Positions 25,559 through 34,989 of a stretch of DNA of 48,410 bases are shown piece after piece. Origin of the DNA: an uncultured Erysipelotrichaceae bacterium (lineage in GTDB: Bacteria > Bacillota_I > Bacilli_A > RFN20 > CAG-449); assembly GCA_964456095.1 (NCBI GenBank), contig CAYVZF010000003.1:1-48410 (forward strand), written 5' to 3'. The notes beneath the pieces are model-generated. The model was not told where the DNA came from. It made no database searches and was given only the letters and a program-made list of their open reading frames with translations. Every line of letters begins with the position of its first letter. Position 1 is the stretch's first letter. The position numbers were made by a program, and so were the translations under genes.

Positions 25559-26755
25559 ATGAAAAAAAAGTGTATTTTATTACTGGTTATTACATCATTA
25601 TTAGTATCATGTCAAAATGATAAAAAAGTTTTACGTTATGGAATTAGTGATTTTGGATATAATGATGAAAAGGGATATGTTCCTTGTGTTATTGAAAATG
25701 GTGAAATTATAAAGAAATCATCTGTTGTTAATCCTTTTGGAACTTATACATATTTTGTTTCATATCTTTATGAAAATGAAAAAAATGAATACAATAAAGT
25801 ATTATCATATGTTGAAGATTATTTAATACGGCTTTCTGTATGTTATGATATGAATAATTTATATGTTGATTCTGGTGGAAATATTGTTAAAAATTTAGCA
25901 TATCTTAATATGAATTATGGAGAAGATAGTTATATTGAACTTGAAAAAGAAACATATGATCTTTTAAAAATTGGCTTTGAAATAACAAAAATTACTAATG
26001 GTAAGTTTAATATTTTTGTTGGTGAATTATCTAAATTATGGGATGATTTTCTAAATGGAAAAAGAGAAAATCTTCCTTCAAAAAATGAATTAGAAGAAGT
26101 AATATTTTTAAAGGATGATATTAATATGATTGATGACATATTAGATTTTAATGATAATGATTATTCTGTTAAGTTTAATAATTGTTTTAATAAAAAGATA
26201 TCCATTACTTTTGGAGGTATTGCAAAAGGAAGTGCAACTGATTTAATTAGTGAATATTTAAAAGATAAACGTATGCTAATTTCGGCTGGACAGTCATCAA
26301 TTGCAACATATGGTGATACATTTTATGATAATTGGAGTTTAGGTATTAAAAATCCTTTATATGTTTATGATGATGAAGCATATTTATTATATGAAAGACA
26401 GGGAGTATTTTCATTATCTACATCTGGAGATTATCAAAATTATAGAATATATAATGGAGTTAAATATCATCACATTATTGATTGTTTTGAAGGTGTGCCA
26501 AAATCTTATTGGAATTCTGTTTCTTTAATAGGAGAATCAGGAACATACGCTGATGCTTTAACAACGGCTTTAATGCTTTCAACATTTGATGAATCAATCG
26601 AATTATTGAATAAAGTAAAAAATGAAAAAGGATATGAATTTACACCGATTTTTATGTATAACAATAACGGTAATATGATTGCAAAAGTTAGTAGTAATAT
26701 AAAAGATCAAGTGTCAATAACAGAGAAGTCTAATATGGAGTTAGTTTTCTTCTAA
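25559..26755 (+). CDS. apbE: FAD:protein FMN transferase (ApbE family) lipoprotein
   Basis: Lipobox LLVSC. ApbE blocks GGIAKGSATD, STSGDYQNYRIYNGVKYHHIID and ADALTTALM. Confidence 0.85.
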   Translation: MKKKCILLLVITSLLVSCQNDKKVLRYGISDFGYNDEKGYVPCVIENGEIIKKSSVVNPFGTYTYFVSYLYENEKNEYNKVLSYVEDYLIRLSVCYDMNNLYVDSGGNIVKNLAYLNMNYGEDSYIELEKETYDLLKIGFEITKITNGKFNIFVGELSKLWDDFLNGKRENLPSKNELEEVIFLKDDINMIDDILDFNDNDYSVKFNNCFNKKISITFGGIAKGSATDLISEYLKDKRMLISAGQSSIATYGDTFYDNWSLGIKNPLYVYDDEAYLLYERQGVFSLSTSGDYQNYRIYNGVKYHHIIDCFEGVPKSYWNSVSLIGESGTYADALTTALMLSTFDESIELLNKVKNEKGYEFTPIFMYNNNGNMIAKVSSNIKDQVSITEKSNMELVFF

Positions 26756-26801
26756 AATTAATTTTTGTTTCATAGAATATTTTGGTGATATTAAATATTT
26801 T

Positions 26802-27761
26802 ATGAATGTTGAAATAATAAAATTGGGTGGTAATGTATTAAAAACAGAGAAGGATCGCTTGATATGTTTTAATAAAATTGATTTTAATAATGGATTAAAA
26901 AAGATAATTATTTGTTCCGCGATGGGAAGGAGTGGCTTTCCGTATTCTACAGATAATCTTGATGCTTTAGTGACAGATATTAGTGATGTTGAAAAAGATA
27001 GATTACTAGGATGTGGTGAAATAATATCATCAGTTGTTATGTCTTCCTTTTTTAATAAATTAGGTAAAAATGCATATAGTTTATCATATTTAGATACTGG
27101 AATTTGTGTTTTAAAAAGTAATAATAAAAATGAAATAGTTAAACTTTCTAATAAAAGAATGTTAGAATTACTTGAAATGTATGATGTATTACTAATTCCT
27201 GGCTTTATAGCATTTAATGATAATTATGATATAGTAACATTAGGAAGAGGTAATTCTGATTTAACTGCGATGATTGTTGCAAAAATGTTGAGTATTAATA
27301 AAGTTACTTTATATAAAGATGTATTAGGTGTTTACCCTTTTATGATTTTGCCATTACTTAATTATGAATATTATAAACAATTAAACTATAATGAAGTAGA
27401 TGAAATGATTAATTCTGGATGTAAAATTATTTCTAAAGATGCATTAATATATGCAAAAAATAGTAATATTGAAATTAATATTACTGGATATAATTCAAAC
27501 GAAAATGGTTCTATTATTAATAATAATTATGTAGAAAAGAAAGTAATTGGATTTTTTATGAAAGGTAAAATATTTGATGTGATAAGTTTTTATCCTTGTT
27601 ATGTAAAAGATAAATTAAGTGAGGCTTTCAAAACAAAACATATTATTTTAAAAAAAGAATATATTGAAGGTAATCATTACTATTTCAAACTTGAATCTTC
27701 TCAGTTATTATTAGCAAAAAAAATAATTGTAGACACATTTTTTTTAGAGTTTATTAAATAA
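26802..27761 (+). CDS. Amino-acid-kinase-fold protein, short aspartokinase-like (319 aa)
   Basis: IIKLGGNVL, ICSAMGRSG, GCGEIISS, IPGFIAFN..IVTLGRGNSDLTA and TLYKDVLGVY resemble aspartate kinase. Only about 80 aa follow the kinase domain, where two ACT domains are usual. Confidence 0.6.
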   Translation: MNVEIIKLGGNVLKTEKDRLICFNKIDFNNGLKKIIICSAMGRSGFPYSTDNLDALVTDISDVEKDRLLGCGEIISSVVMSSFFNKLGKNAYSLSYLDTGICVLKSNNKNEIVKLSNKRMLELLEMYDVLLIPGFIAFNDNYDIVTLGRGNSDLTAMIVAKMLSINKVTLYKDVLGVYPFMILPLLNYEYYKQLNYNEVDEMINSGCKIISKDALIYAKNSNIEINITGYNSNENGSIINNNYVEKKVIGFFMKGKIFDVISFYPCYVKDKLSEAFKTKHIILKKEYIEGNHYYFKLESSQLLLAKKIIVDTFFLEFIK

Positions 27762-27857
27762 TAATTTATCCTTTTAAATCTATCAAAATTAAATGTTATT
27801 TTTATTAATAAAAATAGGCATATACTATTTTTTTCTAGAAATACGAGATACTATTAG

Positions 27858-27865
27858 TGTATAAT
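27858..27865 (+). promoter_or_regulatory. Extended -10 element (TGTATAAT)
   Basis: TG-n-TATAAT at 27858-27865. No good -35 is visible. It implies a very short leader, or a leaderless mRNA, for the HAD gene. Confidence 0.4.
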
Positions 27866-27885
27866 AGCAAATGGTGAGTTTGAAG

Positions 27886-28731
27886 ATGATTAAAAACATT
27901 GCAACTGATTTAGATGGTACATTATTTTATCCAAAGAGAAAGATTAAATTATTATCCTCAAAAAATACTAAGTTTCTTAGGAAATTTGTTTCAGATGAAA
28001 GTAATTATTTAATTTTAGTTTCTGGTAGAAATGTTACATTAAATGAAAAAATTTCCAAAAAGATAAAACATGAAGACATTGCTATGATTGGTTGTAATGG
28101 ATCGGTTATTTATAGGGGAAATAAAATGATCTTTGAAGAACCTATTCCAAAAGATGATGTTAAAAGTATATATGAAGATTTAATGAAAAATAAAGATGTA
28201 AAAGGAATAATTTTCATGACTAATAAAAAGAAAATGGCAATTATTCCAAATAACGTAAGTGGAATAGTAGTTTTTCTTGTTAAAATTGGAATGGCTTTTC
28301 AAGGTGTTTATAGAGAAAAATATAAATATAAAGAAAAAAGTTTGATGGAATATTTACAAGATGATGATGTTAAGTTTTATAAAGTAATGCCTATTTATGG
28401 ATTTGGCAAAAAATCATATGGTGTTGCGGAGAATGCATGTGTGAAACTTAATGAGAAATATGGTGATAAATATGAAATACATTATTCATCTAGTTCTGTA
28501 GAGATCATGAAAAAAGGAGTAAATAAAGCTAATGCTTTAAAAAATCTTTTAAATATGTTAAACTTAAAAGAAGCTGAAACTGCGGTTATAGGCGATTCTG
28601 GTAATGATATACCTTTATTTGAAGCTTTTGAAAATTCATTCTGCATGAAAAAAGCTCCAGAACAAGTTAAGTCAAAAGCAAAACATGTTGTTTCGGGCGT
28701 TTATGAAATAGAAGATTATTTATTAAAATAG
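27886..28731 (+). CDS. Cof-type HAD-IIB phosphatase
   Basis: IATDLDGTLF motif I, VSGRN motif II, and GDSGNDIPLFE motif IV. ATG 27886 lies 7 nt after GGTGAG. ATG 27871 is an alternative, leaderless start. Confidence 0.8.
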   Translation: MIKNIATDLDGTLFYPKRKIKLLSSKNTKFLRKFVSDESNYLILVSGRNVTLNEKISKKIKHEDIAMIGCNGSVIYRGNKMIFEEPIPKDDVKSIYEDLMKNKDVKGIIFMTNKKKMAIIPNNVSGIVVFLVKIGMAFQGVYREKYKYKEKSLMEYLQDDDVKFYKVMPIYGFGKKSYGVAENACVKLNEKYGDKYEIHYSSSSVEIMKKGVNKANALKNLLNMLNLKEAETAVIGDSGNDIPLFEAFENSFCMKKAPEQVKSKAKHVVSGVYEIEDYLLK

Positions 28732-28743
28732 GGAGAGAAAAAA

Positions 28744-29619
28744 ATGAATCAAGCAAGTAAATACGCAATAGAATTATTTCATGTAGCATTAGTTATACGT
28801 GAATCGGTTGAATATGCAATAAAAAAAGATAATTATGATATTGGTGTCTATAATAGAAATAAGGACATGATAACAAAATTAACAAGTGAAAATACACCAT
28901 TTGATAATTTACTTAAACAAAATGGTGAAAGTGGTAATAAAATTAGAGAGAATATTAGCAGTTTTATTGAACTATTATATTCTGATGATGCTAGAGCTAT
29001 TAGAGTTGAAGACAATAAAGTAATTGTTGATCATGCTTTTTGTACTCAAATATTTGATTACGTTGTTGGCTTACATGAAGTATTACATGATATTTTAAAT
29101 GGCTTTGCTAAGAAAGCAAAAGAAGAAGGAAATTTAGAAGATTTTATCGAAAACTTACTTGTTGAGGATAATTTATATTATCGTTCATTATTATCCCTTC
29201 ATTTAACTAATGAAATTCATAATTTGTTTTTAGAGTTTAATAAAACAATGAAAGAAGCTGGTGGTAAAGAGAATCCTCAATCATCATTTGTATTACAAGA
29301 ACTTAATAAAGTTATTGGATATTACAATTTTGTTCAAAATCATTCTACTATTAACGATGAAAAATATCTTAATGCTAAAAAGGACACTACACATGTTTTA
29401 GAAATCATGTCTGGTAAAGCTACTCCAAATGAGGGTAAAGATACTCGTAGAGAAATTATTGAATTAAGAGAAGAATGGGCAATGGTTACTCGTAGCTCTG
29501 GAATTTTCTGGAATGAGAAATTCAATTATGTAATTAACTTACTTCGTGAAGATGAAAAAAAATCTGGAATAATTAAAGAAGAAATTTTCGAAGATGATGA
29601 AAAGGAAACAGTTAATTAG
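28744..29619 (+). CDS. Hypothetical acidic all-helical protein (291 aa) containing an HEXXH motif
   Basis: No family recognised. VVGLHEVLHDIL includes H-E-V-L-H. GGGAGAG SD. Tightly linked to the upstream HAD gene and the downstream membrane gene. Confidence 0.55.
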   Translation: MNQASKYAIELFHVALVIRESVEYAIKKDNYDIGVYNRNKDMITKLTSENTPFDNLLKQNGESGNKIRENISSFIELLYSDDARAIRVEDNKVIVDHAFCTQIFDYVVGLHEVLHDILNGFAKKAKEEGNLEDFIENLLVEDNLYYRSLLSLHLTNEIHNLFLEFNKTMKEAGGKENPQSSFVLQELNKVIGYYNFVQNHSTINDEKYLNAKKDTTHVLEIMSGKATPNEGKDTRREIIELREEWAMVTRSSGIFWNEKFNYVINLLREDEKKSGIIKEEIFEDDEKETVN

Positions 29620-29630
29620 AGGTGATTTAT

Positions 29631-30038
29631 ATGAAAAATAAGGTTAAGAGAACACCTGAACAAAGAAAAGATTTAAATAATAGAATAGCAGAAATAATTT
29701 GGTATTCTATTGGTGGAGTTGTTTTATTAGGTGGATTTGTATTTTCTATTTTAGGATTACTAATTATGAATATGAATAATAATTTTACTACTCATCCATT
29801 TTATCCTTTATACGAAGCACAAGGAAGATTCTTTTCATGGCTTGGCTTTGGATCAACATACGCTAATGCGGGACTAGTACTAATTTTAGCTGCAGTAGTA
29901 TATCTTATTGTTGTATTTTATATTTATTCTAATATCGCTGATGTTAAAGAAAAGAGAAATAGAAGTAAAAAGATACAAAAGAAATCATTAAAAATTGTTA
30001 TTGATGAAAGTGTTAATGAAAGTGTTGTAGAACAATAA
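29631..30038 (+). CDS. Hypothetical 2-TM membrane protein with basic termini (135 aa)
   Basis: GAGGTGA SD before ATG 29631. Two hydrophobic helices (IIWYSIGGVVLLGGFVFSILGLLI and AGLVLILAAVVYLIVVFYIY). Confidence 0.55.
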   Translation: MKNKVKRTPEQRKDLNNRIAEIIWYSIGGVVLLGGFVFSILGLLIMNMNNNFTTHPFYPLYEAQGRFFSWLGFGSTYANAGLVLILAAVVYLIVVFYIYSNIADVKEKRNRSKKIQKKSLKIVIDESVNESVVEQ

Positions 30039-30062
30039 AAAAATGGCATTTGCCATTTTTTA
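30039..30062. terminator. Bidirectional terminator
   Basis: An A tract, then AAATGGC-ATTT-GCCATTT, then a T tract, lying between convergent genes. Confidence 0.75.
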
Positions 30063-30935
30063 TTGAGTTTTAATATATCCTTTTACTTTTTCATTATTCT
30101 CATATTCAATTTTATAACCACACTTTTCTATATCTGTTTTTGTTATTTTGTTGTAGTTTTTTAAATAAGGTAAATCATTTTTAATTTTACTTATTAAATT
30201 TGATATGAAATATGAATCTTCATTTTTAGTTTTCGCGGTATTTAATTCTTCACTTATTGCATTTTTTAATACACTATAGAATATTTTATCTTTTTTATAT
30301 TCTTTTTTATTATCTTTTTCTTTTTTAGGCTGTACTATTTTCTTTTTTTGCTTTGGGGCTTCTTTTTTTTCATTATTATTTGTTTTAGTAATATTCTTTT
30401 TATTAATAATTGTAGTATTATTTTTGACTTCTTCAACGGTTAATTTTTTATCATTTTCATTCGATAAGTCTTCAATATAATAAAATTTATCAAATAAGTC
30501 TTTAAAACTACTATTAGTGGTAGCTTTATTTCCAACGCCTATAACATATTTTCCTTCTTTTTTTATTGATACGATTAATTCATAATAATCATCATCTGAT
30601 GTTGCAATTACATAAGTATTAACATCTTTATTAGTGTATAAAATTCTTAATGCTTCAGTATATAATTTAAAATCTGCATTGTTTAGATTCTTTTCCTTAA
30701 TGATTTTGCTTGTTCCTTTTTTTAATGGTTTACATGAAACAATAATATCTAATAGGTTATCTTTAATAATGTCTACAAAATTTGCTTTTTTTGGTATTGT
30801 AGAGCAAATGATTTTTCTGATACATGGATTATAACCTTCTTTTATTAATTTTTTGAATAAAAGACTATAAGAATCTGTTATATTAATATTTTCATAATCA
30901 ATAAATACTGCGGTTTTGTTTGATATATTATCCAT
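30060..30935 (-). CDS. NYN (LabA-like PIN-fold) domain protein with a Lys-rich linker and a C-terminal OST-HTH/LOTUS-like domain
   Basis: TAVFIDYENI... and VIATSDDDYYELIVSIKKEGKYVIGVG NYN motifs. The C-terminal 80 aa have the pattern expected of OST-HTH, an architecture already described for NYN proteins. Confidence 0.75.
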   Translation of the reverse strand: MDNISNKTAVFIDYENINITDSYSLLFKKLIKEGYNPCIRKIICSTIPKKANFVDIIKDNLLDIIVSCKPLKKGTSKIIKEKNLNNADFKLYTEALRILYTNKDVNTYVIATSDDDYYELIVSIKKEGKYVIGVGNKATTNSSFKDLFDKFYYIEDLSNENDKKLTVEEVKNNTTIINKKNITKTNNNEKKEAPKQKKKIVQPKKEKDNKKEYKKDKIFYSVLKNAISEELNTAKTKNEDSYFISNLISKIKNDLPYLKNYNKITKTDIEKCGYKIEYENNEKVKGYIKTQ

Positions 30936-31031
30936 TTTTTCCTCCCTTCCTTTAATATAATAAATTTAATTTTTCGCTTTTACAATGTTAAACATAAATA
31001 AATGAGCATTATCATGGAAATATATTCTTTT

Positions 31032-31050
31032 TTGTTATAAAATATAACAA
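31032..31050. promoter_or_regulatory. Perfect palindrome upstream of the aminopeptidase gene (candidate operator)
   Basis: TTGTTATA-AAA-TATAACAA, ending 19 nt upstream of ATG 31070. Confidence 0.3.
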
Positions 31051-31069
31051 AACGAAAGGTGGTAATTTT

Positions 31070-32437
31070 ATGTATAGAAAAAATGCATGGGAAAAATATA
31101 CAAATGATGAATTAAATAAGGTTTTTTTATTTAATGAAGAATATAAAGATTTTTTATCAAAAGGAAAAACAGAAAGAAAATGTGTTGAAATATCTTTAGA
31201 TATCGCTAAGAAAAATGGTTTTAAAGATATCTCTGAATACAATTCTTTAAAACCTGGTGATAAAGTTTATTTTACAAATAGAAAAAAGAATATAGTTCTT
31301 TTTGTTATTGGTGAAGAACCTCTTGAAAAAGGATTAAGAGTTCTTGGTGCTCATATCGATTCACCTCGTATTGATTTAAAACAAAATCCTTTATATGAAA
31401 AAGAAGGATTTGCGTTATTTGATACTCATTATTATGGTGGTATTAAAAAGTATCAATGGGTTACTATCCCTCTTGCACTTTATGGAGTTGTTTGTAAAAA
31501 AGATGGTACTACAATTAATATTGAAATTGGCGATGATGAAAATGATCCAGTAGTTGGTATATCAGATTTATTAATTCATTTATCTCAAGACCAATTATCT
31601 AAAACTGCTTCTAAAGTTATTGAAGGCGAAAATTTAGATGTAACAATTGGTTCTATTCCTTTAAAAGATGAAGATAAAAATGCTGTTAAAGCAAATATTT
31701 TAAGAATTTTAAAAGAAAAATATGATTTTGAAGAAGAAGATTTCTTGAGTGCGGAAATTGAGGTTGTTCCTGCGGGTAAAGCAAGAGATTATGGTTTAGA
31801 TAGATCAATGGTTGCGGGTTATGGACATGATGACAGAGTATGTGCTTATACTTCCTTAAGAGCAATTCTTGATGTTGAAGCTCCAAAGTATACTTGTTGT
31901 ACAGTTCTAGTCGATAAAGAAGAAGTCGGCTCTATTGGCGCAACAGGAGCTCAATCTAAATTTTTTGAAAATGTTATTGGTGAATTAATTGCATTAGAAT
32001 CTGATTATTCTGAAATTAAATTAAGAAGAGCATTAACAAATACTAAAATGCTTTCTAGTGATGTTTCTGCTGGTTTTGATCCTTTATTTCCAGAAGTTAA
32101 TGAATCAAAAAATGCGGCATATTTAGGACAAGGATTAGTATTTAATAAATATACTGGTTCAAGAGGTAAATCAGGTTGTAATGATGCGATGCCTGAATTT
32201 TTTGCGGAGATTAGAAAAGTATTAGATGAAGGTGATGCTAATTATCAAACCGCTGAACTTGGAAGAGTTGATCAAGGTGGTGGTGGAACAATTGCGTATA
32301 TTTTAGGTAACCAAAATATGGATGTAATTGATGCTGGTGTTGCTGTCCTTAATATGCACGCTCCAATGGAAATTGTTTCAAAAGCCGATGTATATGAAGC
32401 ATATAAAGCATATATTTTATTTTTAAAAAATATTTAG
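31070..32437 (+). CDS. M18-family aminopeptidase
   Basis: LGAHIDSPRIDLKQNPLYE, GYGHDDRVCAY, DKEEVGS, and the M18-type LNMHAPMEI. Confidence 0.85.
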   Translation: MYRKNAWEKYTNDELNKVFLFNEEYKDFLSKGKTERKCVEISLDIAKKNGFKDISEYNSLKPGDKVYFTNRKKNIVLFVIGEEPLEKGLRVLGAHIDSPRIDLKQNPLYEKEGFALFDTHYYGGIKKYQWVTIPLALYGVVCKKDGTTINIEIGDDENDPVVGISDLLIHLSQDQLSKTASKVIEGENLDVTIGSIPLKDEDKNAVKANILRILKEKYDFEEEDFLSAEIEVVPAGKARDYGLDRSMVAGYGHDDRVCAYTSLRAILDVEAPKYTCCTVLVDKEEVGSIGATGAQSKFFENVIGELIALESDYSEIKLRRALTNTKMLSSDVSAGFDPLFPEVNESKNAAYLGQGLVFNKYTGSRGKSGCNDAMPEFFAEIRKVLDEGDANYQTAELGRVDQGGGGTIAYILGNQNMDVIDAGVAVLNMHAPMEIVSKADVYEAYKAYILFLKNI

Positions 32438-32450
32438 TGAGATTTAAAAA

Positions 32451-33419
32451 ATGAAAAAAGGGATTTATTTATTTTCATCATTATATTTACTTGTTTCTTG
32501 TACGATAAATATTGGTCCAGGTAATAGTAATTCTAATAATATTGATAGTTTAGAAAGTGACAATGGACTTAAAATTAGTATTAAAATTCCAGGTTCTAGT
32601 ATAACATCTTCAAGTGATTCAATTAGTAGCAATAGTAGTTTAAATAGCAGAGAAAGTATAACTTCTTTAAGCAGTTCATTTAGCAGTAGTAATAGTACTT
32701 GGGAAAATAGTGAAGTTGAAAAATATTATGCTAATATTGATTTTTCTTTAACTGGAACAAAATTGTTAGCAAGTTTAGAAAAATTATTAGATTCAACAGA
32801 TAATGAAACATTTACTTATAAAGGTTTATTTGATGTTTTTAAATATTCTGATGCTGATCCTGATAATGTTAATTCTGGTTATATTGTTAGTTTTTATTCA
32901 GGAAATAAAGCAAAAGAGGGCTCGATGAATAGAGAACACACATGGCCTAATTCTCGTGGTGGATTTTTACTAGAAAAAGATCCTCATGTAATTAGACCAA
33001 CAATTAATGCTGAAAATAGTGCTAGAGGTAATTCATTCTTTAATGAAAATGGCTCATGGGATCCTGCTTCATTTGATAATCCGAAATATCGTGGAATCGC
33101 GGCTAGAATTATATTTTATGGTGCATGTAAAGCATATTCTGAGGGCTTATATTTAGTTGATAAAACTGATGATCCTAGACTTAGTTCTACAAACTCTATA
33201 ACAAAAAAGAATTGGAATCCTACGATGGGGAAATTATCTACTTTATTAAAATGGAATTTAGAATATGATATTGATGATACTGAAATATTAAGAAATGATG
33301 TTTTATACAATAAGTTTAATCATTGTAGAAACCCTTTTATTGATAATAGAGATTTAGCGTGTCAAATCTGGGGTGATACAAATGATGAAACTGCAAAAGT
33401 ATGCAATAAAAATAAATAA
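32451..33419 (+). CDS. Secreted lipoprotein nuclease, endonuclease I / Bsn family, with a Ser-rich linker
   Basis: Lipobox LLVSC, Ser-rich low-complexity region (about 32580-32700), NREHTWPNSRGG, NSARGNSFF and RNPFIDN. Confidence 0.7.
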   Translation: MKKGIYLFSSLYLLVSCTINIGPGNSNSNNIDSLESDNGLKISIKIPGSSITSSSDSISSNSSLNSRESITSLSSSFSSSNSTWENSEVEKYYANIDFSLTGTKLLASLEKLLDSTDNETFTYKGLFDVFKYSDADPDNVNSGYIVSFYSGNKAKEGSMNREHTWPNSRGGFLLEKDPHVIRPTINAENSARGNSFFNENGSWDPASFDNPKYRGIAARIIFYGACKAYSEGLYLVDKTDDPRLSSTNSITKKNWNPTMGKLSTLLKWNLEYDIDDTEILRNDVLYNKFNHCRNPFIDNRDLACQIWGDTNDETAKVCNKNK

Positions 33420-33440
33420 ATTTAAAATTTAAAGTTAAAT

Positions 33441-33470
33441 AAAATAATGGCAATTTGCCATTATTTTATT
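33441..33470. terminator. Bidirectional terminator
   Basis: AAAATAATGGCA-ATT-TGCCATTATTTT, flanked by A and T tracts. It overlaps the last codons of pdxK. Confidence 0.75.
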
Positions 33471-34303
33471 TTATTAATAAGATATTTTATTTTTTTTTCA
33501 AATGGTAATCCATTAAGTGGATTAGAATTAATTTTAACTGCTTCTAAAATTGAAGTGTATGTGAAATCAATTGCTATTTTAGTCGCATCTTTTAATGATT
33601 TATCATTTAAGATTGCTCCAACAACTGCCGCGGTAAATGTATCACCTGTCCCGTGAAATATTTTATTGATTATTTTTGTAAAATAGAAACCATTTTCATT
33701 TTTTATTGTATCATAGTAAAATACTCCAATTTTGCCGTTATTTATTATACCAGTTATTATTATTTTTTTAGGACCTAATAAGTTTAACTTTTTGGTGATA
33801 TCATTTATTTCATCTAATGAAAATTCTTCTTTATATTTTATATTTAATAGTAAACATGCTTCGGTTATATTTGGTGTAATAATATCAGCATCTTTAACGA
33901 TTGCTTTTATTTTATTTGGATACGTATTTATATCAAATCCTTTATAAATATTGCCATTATCACCCATTACAGGATCAACAACAAACAATCCATTTTCTTT
34001 TAAAAATGATTTTTTTGTTTTTTTAACAATATTAATTTGTTCTTCTGAACCAAGGTACCCAGATACTATTGAATCAAATTTAATATTAAGATTTTTCCAT
34101 TTATTTATGATTATATTCATTTCATCAGTTAAATCTAAAAAACTATATTCTTTATATGCGGTGTGATTTGAAAGTAAAGATGTAGGAAGTATTATTGTTT
34201 CAAATCCACATGATGATAATATTGGATGTATTGCAGTAATTGAACATTTTCCAATACATGATATATCGTTAATTGTTAATATTTTTTTATAATCTTTTTT
34301 CAT
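33461..34303 (-). CDS. pdxK: Pyridoxal/pyridoxamine kinase
   Basis: ILTINDISCIGKCSITAIHPILS, VVDPVMGDNG and HGTGDTFTAAVVGAIL, all of ribokinase-fold PdxK type. Confidence 0.85.
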   Translation of the reverse strand: MKKDYKKILTINDISCIGKCSITAIHPILSSCGFETIILPTSLLSNHTAYKEYSFLDLTDEMNIIINKWKNLNIKFDSIVSGYLGSEEQINIVKKTKKSFLKENGLFVVDPVMGDNGNIYKGFDINTYPNKIKAIVKDADIITPNITEACLLLNIKYKEEFSLDEINDITKKLNLLGPKKIIITGIINNGKIGVFYYDTIKNENGFYFTKIINKIFHGTGDTFTAAVVGAILNDKSLKDATKIAIDFTYTSILEAVKINSNPLNGLPFEKKIKYLINKIK

Positions 34304-34304
34304 T

Positions 34305-34943
34305 CTATTTTTTCCTTAAGTACCAAAACATGATTAAGACTTGGAAGGATGCTGATATTAAATATAATAGATATGAGTTAGGAATATTTGTTAATACATC
34401 TATTGATAAACATAATGATAATGATATTCCCCAGTTTATAAATGAAACTATTATACATCTCATCCATCTTTTACCCCACATTTTTGCAAATACTAATAAT
34501 ACTATTGAACTAACTGGTATTGCATAAATGAATAATAACCATGTTTTAAAGTTAGTTAAATTTAGTGGAGACATTTCTAGTAAAACATATGCAATTGTAA
34601 AGACGAACCATGCTAAAATATATGAAAGTAAACTAATTATCATTCTGTTTCTATTTTTAACAGTCATATTTTTAATACTAAATTTTCTTTTTGTATTTTT
34701 TTGATCTTCTTTTTTCTCTATTATTTCTTCGCCGATTAATTCATTAATTGATATATTAAAAATATCTGAAAGTTGAGTTAAAACAAAAACGTCTGGGATA
34801 GCTTCTCCTCTTTCCCATTTAGAAATGGCTTTATCACTATAAGATATTTTCTCCGCGAGTTGGAGTTGTGTTAAGCCACATTTCTTTCTATATGTAGTGA
34901 TGTTTTGAGCGATAACGCTTGTTAATTCTTCTTGTGTTTTCAT
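34305..34943 (-). CDS. Membrane-anchored XRE-family HTH regulator (HTH plus about 4 TM)
   Basis: NITTYRKKCGLTQLQLAEKISYSDKAISKWERGEAIPDVFVLTQLSDIFNISINELI, followed by hydrophobic helices. Its stop codon lies 1 nt from the pdxK ATG. Confidence 0.8.
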   Translation of the reverse strand: MKTQEELTSVIAQNITTYRKKCGLTQLQLAEKISYSDKAISKWERGEAIPDVFVLTQLSDIFNISINELIGEEIIEKKEDQKNTKRKFSIKNMTVKNRNRMIISLLSYILAWFVFTIAYVLLEMSPLNLTNFKTWLLFIYAIPVSSIVLLVFAKMWGKRWMRCIIVSFINWGISLSLCLSIDVLTNIPNSYLLYLISASFQVLIMFWYLRKK

Positions 34944-34989
34944 ACTGAAATATTAATATTTTATTAATAAAATGTCAATATATTTATAA

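Noticed and set aside
32580-32700. Ser-rich repetitive DNA in the nuclease gene, and Lys-rich repeats in the NYN gene (about 30290-30420), considered as possible tandem repeats or contingency loci.
   Set aside because: These are imperfect low-complexity coding linkers. They are not exact tandem repeats or homopolymer tracts of phase-variation type.
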